From Desulfobacterales bacterium (GTDB lineage: Bacteria > Desulfobacterota > Desulfobacteria > Desulfobacterales > SpSt-501): a stretch of DNA of 64,000 nucleotides. The stretch's first letter is position 1; each line of letters opens with the position of its first letter. Location of the stretch: NCBI GenBank assembly GCA_030834695.1, contig JAUQXK010000089.1, positions 192,174-256,173 of the forward strand, in the 5' to 3' direction. Below the pieces are notes generated by a model, which had not been told where the DNA came from, searched no databases, and worked only from the letters and a program-made list of their open reading frames with translations. Shown here in pieces: positions 35,576-45,600 of the stretch. Position numbers and translations under genes: made by a program.

Positions 35576-36880
35576 TTACTTCTTGCCGTAGGGGCTGTCC
35601 GCCGGCAGCGGGATGACCGGCTCGGCGGTCTTCAAGGCATCGGGCCAGGTGATGCGCAGCTTCCCGTTGACCGACTGCGCCACCACCGGGTAGGAGCGGA
35701 TATTCTGGCCGGCGAAAGCGTCCGCCGGCGGGGCGAACTTGACGCCGTAGCCGCATGGGGTGGCGCCATCGGGGAGATCGAGGTCCAACGAGGCCTTGCG
35801 GATCGAATCCGGGCTCAGGTCCCCATACTTCTTGAGGGCAAGGGGCAGGACGTCGTTCAGGAGTATCCAGGCGTGGCCGAACCCCTGGGTCGCATGGGTC
35901 GGGGGATCGCTATCTTTGAACTTTTCTTCGTAACGTTTGAGAAACTCACCCACGATGTCGCCAATCCCCGGGGCCAGCTTTTTGCGGTCCAAGAGCTGGG
36001 CCGGTGCGGGGTCCACGTTGAAGCAGTAGTTCATGAGTTCTCCGCCCGCTGCCTCGGCCAGTTTGGGCAGATTGGCGTGGCCGGCACCGTGGCCTTCAAT
36101 GGCCTTGGTCTTAAGGCCTAGTTCACGTGCCTGGCGGAAGAATAGCACCACATCCGGAAAGTATCCCGTATGCAAGATGGCGTCCGGTTTGGCTGATTTG
36201 AGTTTTAGAATCAGCGACGACAGATCGTTGGTTTTATGGGAGTAAGCCTCTTCCATGACCAGGCTCATGCCCAGTTCCTTGGCCTTGCTCACGTTGGCGG
36301 CAGCCACCGAGGCGCCGTAAGGGCCGTCCTCATAAATTACCGCGACTCTCAAATCGGCGGGGGTTTTGGCGTCGAACTTGCTTAAATTTTCTTTGAGCAG
36401 GCTGACCGTGCTGGTGCCCCACTGGGAGCCCATGGGTTGCACGCGGAACGTGTAGTTGAGGTGGCGATCCTGCAGGACCTTGTCTGAAATGGCGATGACC
36501 ACCCAAAAGATTTTCTTGTGCTGCTCGGCCATTGGAGCCAGGGGAACTGCAATGCCACTTGAAAAAACGCCCAGCACCACCGGCACGTTCTCCACGGTCA
36601 TAAGGCGTTGGCCTTCGCGGATAGCGATGTCAGGGTTGCTTTGCGCGTCCGCCACCACCGGCGCCACCTTATACTGCCCGGCGATTCCACCCCGGGCATT
36701 GATCATGTCGATAGCTACCATGGTGCCCTGATAGCCCGCCAGCGCGCCGGCCGGAGCAAAAGCTCCGGTCAGGGAATATAAGACGCCAAGCTTGAATTCT
36801 TTGTCCTCTGCCAGCACCTGCCCAACGGAACCCACAATCAAAATGCATGCGATCATCATTGCGGCGAGTAGCCTCTTCAT
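35576..36880 (-). CDS. ABC transporter substrate-binding protein (Leu/Ile/Val-binding, type I PBP)
   Basis: Start at ATG 36880 (GGAGGG SD). Signal peptide MKRLLAAMMIACILIVGSVGQVLA. LGVLYSLTGAFAP start of the PBP fold. Confidence 0.88.
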   Translation of the reverse strand: MKRLLAAMMIACILIVGSVGQVLAEDKEFKLGVLYSLTGAFAPAGALAGYQGTMVAIDMINARGGIAGQYKVAPVVADAQSNPDIAIREGQRLMTVENVPVVLGVFSSGIAVPLAPMAEQHKKIFWVVIAISDKVLQDRHLNYTFRVQPMGSQWGTSTVSLLKENLSKFDAKTPADLRVAVIYEDGPYGASVAAANVSKAKELGMSLVMEEAYSHKTNDLSSLILKLKSAKPDAILHTGYFPDVVLFFRQARELGLKTKAIEGHGAGHANLPKLAEAAGGELMNYCFNVDPAPAQLLDRKKLAPGIGDIVGEFLKRYEEKFKDSDPPTHATQGFGHAWILLNDVLPLALKKYGDLSPDSIRKASLDLDLPDGATPCGYGVKFAPPADAFAGQNIRSYPVVAQSVNGKLRITWPDALKTAEPVIPLPADSPYGKK

Positions 36881-37165
36881 GACGTTTTCCCTCCTCTTCT
36901 CATCGAGAATGTCCGATTCGTGTGGTCGCAAATACATCAACTGCAGCAAGGTAGTCTCGCAAGCGAGCTGGATAGGGATAGGTTGGATGGATGGCAGACT
37001 GAGCGGAAATAGGATGAATCACGTTTTTTTTCTGATCAAGCTGAAAAAATATTTTATTTTTAATAAAAAGCAAAACGGTTTCTACATTCTAATTGTCCAC
37101 CTGTCAAGGTCAAGCAGCCAGCGGACCGGCAGCGGCTCCTTGCAAGGAATCGCAGAGTATCATAT

Positions 37166-37366
37166 TAATCGTCTCGAAATAGTACCGTCATGCCGGGCCC
37201 CGGATCAATGATCTCCGGGGCAGGCTTGATAAGCCTGCCCCGTACCACGATACGGGGGCATCCAGAACGGGTTGAATTCACTGGATTCCGGCTAAAAGCC
37301 CGTCCCGGAAATTGGTAATCCGGGGCATGCCGGATTCACGACGTAAAGACAATTATGAGACCCTTA
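37166..37366 (+). mobile_element. MITE-like element, copy C (about 197 bp; two extra internal hairpin modules)
   Basis: Same termini and core as copies A and B. It carries the copy-B module plus GGGCCCCGGATCAATGATCTCCGGGGCAGGCTT. TA on both flanks. Confidence 0.6.
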
Positions 37367-37431
37367 ATAAAGGATTTTGGGATTTGCTTCGGCCCAAAAC
37401 CAAGACCGGAATGCAGGAGGCGAAAGTATCC

Positions 37432-38493
37432 ATGAACGCCAACGCCCAGGATTGGATCCGTCTGATCGAGTCCGCCGGCCGGATCAAGCAGCTTGCCCCG
37501 TGGCAATGGATGAACGAGGACGACGTTTTCGGGATCACCCATCCGCAGACCGGGGAAATCGGGTTCATCAGCGTGATGGGCGCCCTCGGCGAGCACCTGG
37601 CCGTCTCCGTATACCTGGGGGCATCTGCATGGGCCCGGTTCCTTGCGCTGCAGCAGGCGCCCCAGGGCGTTCTCGACGAGCATCCCGAACTGCTGTTGGA
37701 GATCCCCCAGCTTCAGGCGTCCTTCGAAGATCGCGACGAGCTTGAAGACTGGGACCGCCTGCTGCTGCGCGGTTTGAATTTGAAATTCAGAGGCCGCAAG
37801 GCCTGGCCGCGGTTCCAGAGCTTCCGCCCGGGCTTCATGCCCTGGCGTCTGGAGCCGGAGGAAATCGGATTTCTGACGCTGGCCCTCCAGCAGCTCGAGC
37901 AGGTGGCGCCCCGGCTGAAGGAGGACCGTTCTTTTCTGTCGGGAGAAGCGCCCGGTACGTTGTTGATTCGGTCATGCCGGGTCGGGAAAAGAAATACGGG
38001 GGAGTGGAAAGACCGCTACGAACGCGTTCCGCCCCCGGAGTTCCCGCCGGTGCAGCTGGCGTGGGACCCCGGCGACGTGAAAAAGCTCAAACGCATGCCC
38101 CCGCGGGAGGACATTCTCGAAGTGGATTTCTTTCAGTTCCCCGGAGCCATCGGCCAAAAAGGCGAACGCCCGCAGGCCGGCTATATCCTGCTCTCTCTGC
38201 ACGCCCAGTCCAACCTGGTCTTCGGAGCGCAGACCACATGCGCCACGGAGAGCATCGAACACATGTGGGGCCAGATCCCGGGACTGCTTTTGTCCCGCCT
38301 GGTCGAGCCGGGGCTGCGGCCCAGGGAAATCCACGTCCAATCCCAGCTGCTCCAGAACGTCCTGCAGCCGGCCTTCAAGGAGCTGGGCACCAAGATCGTC
38401 CTCAAGCCCGTGCTGAAAAAGCTGCGCGCCGCCAAGCGGGAGCTGCTGGTGCATTTCCAAAAGAAGCCGGTGCCGGATCAAAGGGGTCGGTAG
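37432..38493 (+). CDS. conserved-looking hypothetical protein (no family recognised)
   Basis: Start moved to ATG 37432 (GGAGG 9 nt upstream), because the listed start at 37312 lies inside the repeat element. Coding-like composition over 353 aa. Confidence 0.6.
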   Translation: MNANAQDWIRLIESAGRIKQLAPWQWMNEDDVFGITHPQTGEIGFISVMGALGEHLAVSVYLGASAWARFLALQQAPQGVLDEHPELLLEIPQLQASFEDRDELEDWDRLLLRGLNLKFRGRKAWPRFQSFRPGFMPWRLEPEEIGFLTLALQQLEQVAPRLKEDRSFLSGEAPGTLLIRSCRVGKRNTGEWKDRYERVPPPEFPPVQLAWDPGDVKKLKRMPPREDILEVDFFQFPGAIGQKGERPQAGYILLSLHAQSNLVFGAQTTCATESIEHMWGQIPGLLLSRLVEPGLRPREIHVQSQLLQNVLQPAFKELGTKIVLKPVLKKLRAAKRELLVHFQKKPVPDQRGR

Positions 38494-38696
38494 GCTAGCG
38501 AGTGTCCATCCATAAACGGCGCCTGTCGGTTCATGCCGGCGTTCTCGCTCTTCGCCATCCTCGGCGGTTTTTCTTAGATATAGATGCCCTTGATGTATGT
38601 GAGGTCAGCGGCAACTTCCAGGAGGTCGCGTTCAACCATGATAGGCAACGGCTATTTAGAGGAAATACGTTTCCATATATATCGGCTGTAACATTT

Positions 38697-39356
38697 TTAT
38701 TCCCCTTCTTTTTTCGTTAGACGACACCGAAGTGGCAGGAAGGAAAGAATGGCCTCCCGCTCTGCCCTCACCCTCCTCTGTTCCCGAACGATAAGCCCCA
38801 TTTCATGCAAAGCATTCAGGTCCCGCTGCACGGTCTTTGCGGTCTTGTTCGCATATGCCCTGGCAAGCTGAGGCGTCAACTCCTGGATATCCGCCGTTTG
38901 CATCCAATCGCCCTTAGCCCCAAGATCCAAAGCCAGGTGCCGGCGCCGCGTATCGGTTGCGCTGTTCCGGTTCTTGAAACGTTCATGGACGTAATTGCGC
39001 CACACGACATCCCATTGTTGCTCCCACACAAATTATAGTTGTTCCCGCAGGCCATCGAAAAGGCCGCGCACGGCATCGTTCAGGAAGGAAATCAGGTCGC
39101 CGCCCGATTTGCTCGCACGGTCGAGCTGACGGTAATATTCTGCCCGGGTCCGGTTGTAATGATTGCTGAACAAGTGGGCGGCCGTCGAAGGCACATCAGC
39201 AGGCAGGGTTAAGGGACTTGAGCTTCCGGTCAACCCGGTCCTTGCGGGTTTTCCACTCGAGTTCTTCCGGCATGCACGGATCCTCGATATCTCGTCAACG
39301 AAAAGACGACTCAGGCGCGGGGAATACTTCATTATAGAACCGAAATGCTTCGGCAA
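38697..39356 (-). pseudogene. Fic/DOC-family C-terminal remnant interrupted by an in-frame TAA
   Basis: ORFs 39033-39356 and 38697-39029 are in one frame, separated by TAA at 39033-39035. ...RAEYYRQL...GGDLISFLNDAV then a wHTH-like TAKTVQRDLNALHEMGLI resembles the post-motif half of Fic proteins. No HPFxxGNGR motif is present. Confidence 0.45.
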
Positions 39357-39478
39357 TCAATACGCGGGTGTTTTCTTTAACTGCGAAAGAGATTTTCTTA
39401 ATGCTTCGTCAAGCTTGACATCTATCGCCTCACTCAGCATACTCAATGAAAGCAATCAGCCCTAAAAATCTTCCCTGG

Positions 39479-39525
39479 CCCCTCTTTTTCAAAGAGGGGA
39501 GCTGCCTCCCTTTGAAATAGGGAGG
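39479..39525. repeat. two short palindromic units of the CCCxTTTxxAAAGGG family
   Basis: CCCCTCTTTTTCAAAGAGGGG and CCTCCCTTTGAAATAGGGAGG lie side by side. Related units are at 41069-41208 and 56567-56605. Confidence 0.6.
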
Positions 39526-39549
39526 AAGAGAATTGAAAAAGGAGGCGCT

Positions 39550-39936
39550 ATGATCAGGATTCGAAGAAAAGGGCAGCCGATTTTCATCTTTATGGCTCTG
39601 GTGGCGGTGTCCATCGCGCTGCCCTGCCATTACGCGCTGGCGGCATTGGTGCCGACGGACTCGGTTGCGGATTCTGCAGGTGCAGCGGATGCGCGCGGCC
39701 GGGTGATGCAATCCCTGGCGCGCGAGGACGTGCGCGCGGCGCTGGCCGCCCAGGGGCTGAACCCCGAGGAAGTGCAGGCGCGGGTCGCAGGCCTGACCGA
39801 CGCCGAAGTCCAGCAAATCGCCGGCCAGCTGGACCAGCTGCCCGCGGGCGGCAACGGATGGGCTGCGGCCGTCGTGGTGCTGCTGATCGTCCTGCTGGTG
39901 ATCCTCATCCTGAAGGTGTCCGGACACCTCAGATAA
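39550..39936 (+). CDS. small signal-peptide protein with C-terminal TM anchor, PA2779-family-like
   Basis: Signal peptide. [44 protein letters not shown] followed by a hydrophobic anchor. Family name is recalled from memory and not verified. Confidence 0.5.
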   Translation: MIRIRRKGQPIFIFMALVAVSIALPCHYALAALVPTDSVADSAGAADARGRVMQSLAREDVRAALAAQGLNPEEVQARVAGLTDAEVQQIAGQLDQLPAGGNGWAAAVVVLLIVLLVILILKVSGHLR

Positions 39937-39965
39937 GCGGCCAACCAGACTTACAGGAGCCGGCC

Positions 39966-41003
39966 ATGAGCACCATGAACGCACTGGTCAAGGCCAGGCC
40001 GGAAAAAGGGCTTTGGCTGCAGGAAGTCCCGGTTCCGGCGGTGGGCATCAACGACGTGCTCATCAAGATCCAGAAGACCTCCATCTGCGGCACCGACGTG
40101 CATATCTACAACTGGGACGAATGGGCGCAGAAGACCATTCCCGTGCCCATGCATGTCGGCCACGAGTTCGTGGGCCGGGTGGCCGCGGTCGGCAGCAACG
40201 TCCACGATTTCAAAATCGGGGATCTGGTGTCCGGCGAGGGCCATCTGGTGTGCGGGCGCTGCCGCAACTGTCTGGCGGGCCGACGGCATCTCTGCCCGCA
40301 CACGAGCGGGGTCGGGGTGAACCGGCCCGGCGCCTTTGCCGAATACCTCTGCATCCCGGTCACCAACGTCTGGTACTGCGACCCCCACATCCCGACCGAC
40401 GTGCTTTCCTGCTTCGACCCGCTCGGTAACGCCACGCACACCGCACTGTCCTTCGACGTGCTCGGCGAAGACGTGCTCATCACCGGCGCCGGCCCCATCG
40501 GGTGCATGGCGGCGGCCATCGTGCGGCACGCCGGCGCGCGGCATGTGGTCGTGACCGACGTCATCCCGTATCGGCTGGAGATCGCCAAGAAGATGGGCGC
40601 CACCATCGCTCTCGATGCGCGCCAGGGCTCCGTCGCCGACGCCCAGAAACAGCTGGGGATGAAGGAGGGCTTCGACGTGGGCCTGGAAATGTCCGGCAAC
40701 GCCCAGGCCTTCCGCGACATGCTGGCCAACATGTGCCACGGCGGCAAGATCGCGCTGCTCGGCATCCTGCCGCACGATACCCCCATCGACTGGGACACGG
40801 TGATCTTCAACAGCCTGACGCTCAAAGGGATCTACGGCCGGGAGATGTACGAGACCTGGTACAAGATGACCGTCATGATCCAGGGCGGACTGGACATCAC
40901 ACCGGTGATCACGCATCATTTTCACTACACAGAATTCGAGAAAGGCTTCGAGGTCATGCGCTCGGGGGAGTCGGGAAAGGTGGTTTTATCCTGGGAGGAA
41001 TAA
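39966..41003 (+). CDS. tdh: L-threonine 3-dehydrogenase (Zn-dependent MDR family)
   Basis: Start at ATG 39966. [15 protein letters not shown], structural-Zn [24 protein letters not shown] Rossmann motif, KVVLSW end. Confidence 0.93.
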   Translation: MSTMNALVKARPEKGLWLQEVPVPAVGINDVLIKIQKTSICGTDVHIYNWDEWAQKTIPVPMHVGHEFVGRVAAVGSNVHDFKIGDLVSGEGHLVCGRCRNCLAGRRHLCPHTSGVGVNRPGAFAEYLCIPVTNVWYCDPHIPTDVLSCFDPLGNATHTALSFDVLGEDVLITGAGPIGCMAAAIVRHAGARHVVVTDVIPYRLEIAKKMGATIALDARQGSVADAQKQLGMKEGFDVGLEMSGNAQAFRDMLANMCHGGKIALLGILPHDTPIDWDTVIFNSLTLKGIYGREMYETWYKMTVMIQGGLDITPVITHHFHYTEFEKGFEVMRSGESGKVVLSWEE

Positions 41004-41068
41004 CATGCGGATCGCGGCAGCCAGCCTTCACAGGCTGCGGCGGCGGCTGTGCGATGCTCATCCCGCCC

Positions 41069-41208
41069 AAATCCCCCCGGCCCCCTTTTCAAAGGGGGAG
41101 GTGAAAAGCCGAATCTTCTGGCAGGCCCCATTTGCCAGAGGAGAAGCCGGATAACGGCGTGCGGGCTGCATGTTTCCTTCCCTTTGGCAAATGGGGCCGG
41201 GGGGATTT
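41069..41208. repeat. nested palindromic repeat complex in the tdh-kbl spacer
   Basis: Perfect 16-nt inverted repeat AAATCCCCCCGGCCCC (41069-41084) / GGGGCCGGGGGGATTT (41193-41208). Inner inverted repeat GGCCCCATTTGCCA (41124-) / TGGCAAATGGGGCC. CCCCTTTTCAAAGGGG hairpin. Confidence 0.7.
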
Positions 41209-41259
41209 CATAAGACGATTTTAACGTGAGCCGGCTGTCTCTTTCAACAGCGGGCTTGC

Positions 41260-42501
41260 ATGAAGGAGAAAACCATGTCGCTCGCAGCGCTCGAACACGC
41301 ATTGCAGCTGGAGCTGGACGCATTAACGGCCGAGGGGCGGGCCAAGCCGGCGGAGCGGGTGATCGTCGCCTACCTCCCGCCGCAGGGCGACAAGGGACCG
41401 CGATACAAGCTGCAGGGCTCCGACCAGGAGTTCATCCGCATGAACTCCAACAGCTATCTGTCCCTTTCCAATCATCCGGAGCTGATCCGGGCCGCGGACG
41501 AAGCCACCCGAGCGCTCGGCGTCGGCCCCGGCGCCGTGCGGTTCATCGACGGCACGTTCTCCTACCATGCGGCGCTCGAAGCGCGGGTCGCGGCCTTCGT
41601 GGGCAAGCCCGCCGCGAAGATCTTCAACTCGGCCTATACCGCCAACTGCGGGCTGGCGCTGGCCCTGTCCACCCCCAAGACTTACTGGATCGGCGACCAG
41701 CTCAACCACAACAGCATCATCCGCGCCATGCGCATCGCCGGCGTACCCTCCGCCAACAAGGCCATTTACCGGCACAACGACATGGACGACCTGCGCAAAT
41801 GCCTCACGGAGGTCCCGGAGGGCATGGACCGGGTGGCGGTGATCTTCGACGGGATCTTCAGCATGCGCGGCGACTTCGCGCCCATCGATCAAATTGCAAA
41901 AATCACGAGTACCTATCAGGCGAAGTTCAAGGAAGGCCTTTTCACCGTGGTGGACGACTCGCATGGGATCGGCGCCTTTGGGCCGAACGGCCGGGGCACG
42001 GCCGACCACACCGGCGCGCGGCCGGACATCATCATCGGCACGTTCGGCAAGGCCTTCGGCGTCAACGGCGGGTTCATCGCCGCCGGGCCGATTGTGGTCG
42101 AGGCGGTGCGGCAGAAGGCGGACACCTACATCTACACCAACCCCCTGAGCGTCGCCGACTGCGCGGCGGCCGGCCGGGCGATCGACATCTGCGACAGTGC
42201 GGAGGGCCTGGAGCGGCTGGCGCATCTGCGGCGGATGGCCTCCCGCTTCCGCCGCGGCATCGAATCTCTGGGGTGGCAGTCCATCCCCGGGCCGCACCCG
42301 ATCGTGCCTCTGCTCGTGCGCGACACCCCGCGCACCCACCGGCTGGTCCGGCACCTGCTCGAATCAAGCGTGCTGGCCGTCGGGCTGACCTTTCCGGTGG
42401 TGCCCCGCGGGGACGAGACCATCCGCTTCCAGATCAACGCCGCCCACACACCGGCGGACGTGAATTACGTTCTGAAAGCGCTGGGGCCTTACACGACATA
42501 A
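41260..42501 (+). CDS. kbl: 2-amino-3-ketobutyrate CoA ligase (glycine C-acetyltransferase), alpha-oxoamine synthase family
   Basis: NSNSYLSLSNHPE, DDSHGIGAFGPNGRG, PLP-Lys context GTFGKAFG. Adjacent to tdh. Confidence 0.88.
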   Translation: MKEKTMSLAALEHALQLELDALTAEGRAKPAERVIVAYLPPQGDKGPRYKLQGSDQEFIRMNSNSYLSLSNHPELIRAADEATRALGVGPGAVRFIDGTFSYHAALEARVAAFVGKPAAKIFNSAYTANCGLALALSTPKTYWIGDQLNHNSIIRAMRIAGVPSANKAIYRHNDMDDLRKCLTEVPEGMDRVAVIFDGIFSMRGDFAPIDQIAKITSTYQAKFKEGLFTVVDDSHGIGAFGPNGRGTADHTGARPDIIIGTFGKAFGVNGGFIAAGPIVVEAVRQKADTYIYTNPLSVADCAAAGRAIDICDSAEGLERLAHLRRMASRFRRGIESLGWQSIPGPHPIVPLLVRDTPRTHRLVRHLLESSVLAVGLTFPVVPRGDETIRFQINAAHTPADVNYVLKALGPYTT

Positions 42502-42512
42502 GCGCGGCAAGT

Positions 42513-42537
42513 CGCGGCTGGAAAGCCGCTCCCACAG
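42513..42537 (+). repeat. REP-like unit CGCGGCTGGAAAGCCGCTCCCACAG
   Basis: It starts 12 nt after the kbl stop. A near-identical unit is at 46660-46684. Confidence 0.6.
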
Positions 42538-42655
42538 ACAAACTCCTTTGCAGACGTCCGCCCGGCCGTGGAATCGGCGTCATTGATTTCGTCATGGCGC
42601 GGCTTATAGTCTGGACCGCTTGACAGTGAACGGCAAGGGTCGTTGAATAAACTCC

Positions 42656-45600
42656 GTGAGGATTGCGATGGTCATGAATCGGGTCAAGAAAATTGTTTTG
42701 AGCAAGCCGTTCCTGATCGCTGTCGGCGTGGTGGTTTTTTACACATTGGCCGGGTTTTTCCTGGCGCCCTGGCTGGTGCGGCACTATGTGCCGAAGATCG
42801 TCCAGGAACAGCTGCAGAAACAGGCCGCCATCGGCGAGGTGCGGTTCAATCCCTACGCCTTCACCTTCGAGGCCCAGGACTTCCGCATGCAGGAGCCGGA
42901 CGGGCAGCCGATCGTGGGCTTCAAGCGGCTGTTCATCGATTTCGAGCTGAAGAGCCTTTACAATTGGGCGTGGACGTTCCGCCAGATCGCCCTGGCGGGG
43001 CCGCAGGTGCATGCCGTCATTGCCAAGGACGGCGCGCTCAACCTGGCCCAGCTCGCCCCCCCGTCCGCAGCGCCGCCCCCGCCGCCGGAGAAAGATGAAG
43101 CGCTGCCGCGGCTGATCGTCGAAGACTTTTCCATCGACGAGGGCCAGATCGAATTTGCCGACCGGCGTCCGTCAAAGCCCGCCACGATCGAGTTCAAGCC
43201 GCTGCAGTTGCAGGTCAAGAACCTCACCACCCTGCCGGGGCAGGAAGGGCCCAATACCATTACGGCCGCCACCACTCACGGAGAGACCATGCGCTGGAGC
43301 GGCGCCGTCGGTCTGAATCCGATCCACTCGAAGGGGAATTTCGTCTTCGAAAACTTTCGGACCGCCACCTTCTGGGAGTTTGCCAGAGACTCTCTAAATC
43401 TCCAGCCGCCGGCCGGCAAGCTGACCGTCACCGGCGACTACAACGCGGACCTGAGCGGCACCCAGCCCGCGGTGACGCTTTCCAACCTCGCCGTCGCAAT
43501 CTCCGGCGTGGCGCTGAAGCTTCAAGGCGCCGAGGCCGCCTTTCTGGAGCTGCCCGACACCCGGATCAGCGGCGTGCGTTTCGACCTGTCCTCACAGCAG
43601 ATTGACGTCGGGAAAATCGCGGTCAAGGGCGGCCATGCCCGGCTGGCAGTCGATGAAAGCGGCAACCTCAATTTGGCAAATATCGCCAAATCGGCCCCGG
43701 CCCCGGCACAGCCTGCCGCTGCGCCGGGTGCGGGGAGCGGAGCTGCCAAGCCCTGGACGGTCAACCTGGCCGCCTTCGATCTGAACGGGTTGGCGCTCGA
43801 CTACCAGGACCTGAGCCGCACACCCGGCCTCAAGAGCCATATCGGAGGCATCAACGTCGATCTAAAGGCCGCAGCGCAAGCCGGCGGAGAGAAGACCCAG
43901 GTTCTGGTGAACGACATCGCCGTGGCTGTTTCCGAGTTTCAGGCGCAGCTCGACGATTCGACCGAGCCGGTCATCCGGATCAACAAAATCGGGCTTGAGG
44001 TCGGCGCCTATAACCTCGAGCCCAATAGCTTTACGGTGGATAAGATCGCCATCGACGGTGGTGGGATCGACCTGCAGCGCCAGGCGGACGGCGCTGTTAA
44101 CCTGGCGCTCGTGTTTTTGCCGCCGCAGAAAGGGGCAATCGCCAGGGAGCGCCAGGAGGCGGCCACTGAAGGGCACCCATTCCAGTTTTCAGTCAAGACC
44201 GTTTCGATTGCGGGGCTTCAGACTGCCTTCTCCGATCTTTCCGTGCGGCCCGACGGCCCGATCGTGAACCTTGAGGACATCGGCGTCGTCCTGGACAACA
44301 TCGACGGCAAGTCTCCCATGACCTTCGAGGTGGAACTGAAGGTGCGTGAGGGCGGTCAGATCAAGGCCGCTGGCAAAGTCGACCCGTCCGGTCCGACGGT
44401 CGAATCCGAGGTCCAGGTGGCGGATCTCGGGCTGACCGCCTTCCAGCCCTACGTCAACCCGGCGGCGGCCATCGACCTCAAGTCGGGCACATTTTCGACC
44501 AAAGGAAGCCTGCGCCACGGGATCCAGGCTGCCGGAGCGCAGACGGCCTACCAGGGCGGCTTCAAGGTCGACAACCTGCGCGTCACCGAAACCGGCGGGA
44601 AAGAAACGCTGGTGGGCTGGAAGGCTGTCCAGACCGATCAACTGGCGCTGCAGCTCGAACCCAATCGGCTCGAGATCGGAGACCTCCGGGTCGTCCAGCC
44701 GAACGGCAAGTTCGTCATCGAAAAGGACCGTTCGCTCAATGTGGCCAGGGTGATCAAGTCCGATCCGGCTGCGAAGCAACCCGAAAAAGCACCGGCTGCT
44801 TCGGCCGATCCCTTCCCGATCCGGGTGCGGCGCATTCTCGTCAGCGACGGCAAGGTCGACTTTGCCGATCTGAGCCTGATCACGCCCTTCGGCACCAAGA
44901 TCCACGAATTGAAAGGCGTGGTGGCCGGGGTTTCTTCCGCCAAGAACGTGCGGGCTCAGATCAAGCTCGACGGCCGGGTGGACGAATACGGCACGTCCAA
45001 AATCGACGGCGAGCTGAACACCTCCGACCCCAAGGCGTTCACCGACATCAGCGTGGTCTTTCGGAACGTGGAAATGTCCCGGCTCACCCCGTACTCGGGC
45101 AAGTTCGCCGGGCGCAAAATCGATTCCGGAAAGCTGTCGGTGGACCTGAAATACAAGATCGACAAGAGCCAGCTCGCGGGCGACAACCAGATCGTGGTGG
45201 AGCGCCTGACCCTCGGAGAGAAGGTCGAAAGCCCGGATGCGGTGGACCTGCCGCTCGATCTGGCCGTGGCCCTGCTGGAGGACTCCAACGGCGTGATCGA
45301 CCTCGGGCTGCCGGTTAGCGGCAACCTGGATTCCCCCGAATTCAGCTACGGTGCGCTGATCTGGAAGGCCCTCGGCAACCTGATCACCAAGATCGTGTCG
45401 AGCCCCTTCCGTGCGCTCGGCGCGCTTCTGCCCGGCGGCGGGGAGGAGGCATTCAATGCCGTGGCCTTCGAGCCCGGCCGGCCCGATGTGCCGCCGCCGG
45501 AAAAGGAAAAGCTGGCCAAGCTTGCCGGCGCTTTGCAGAAACGGCCCCAGCTCAAGCTCGGCGTGCAGGGCCGTTACAACCCGGAGAGCGATCGGGCGGA

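Noticed and set aside
37312-37431. N-terminal 40 codons of the listed ORF 37312-38493
   Set aside because: The sequence is part of the repeat element (identical DNA at the other two copies, where it is non-coding). An SD-supported ATG exists at 37432.
39470-41210. Short repeats as a possible CRISPR array
   Set aside because: The units are palindromic, irregularly spaced, in both orientations and separated by genes. There is no repeat-spacer periodicity and there are no cas genes.
41226-42623. 465-aa plus ORF overlapping kbl in another frame
   Set aside because: Arg/Pro/Gly-rich. The kbl frame has the PLP-lysine and family motifs.
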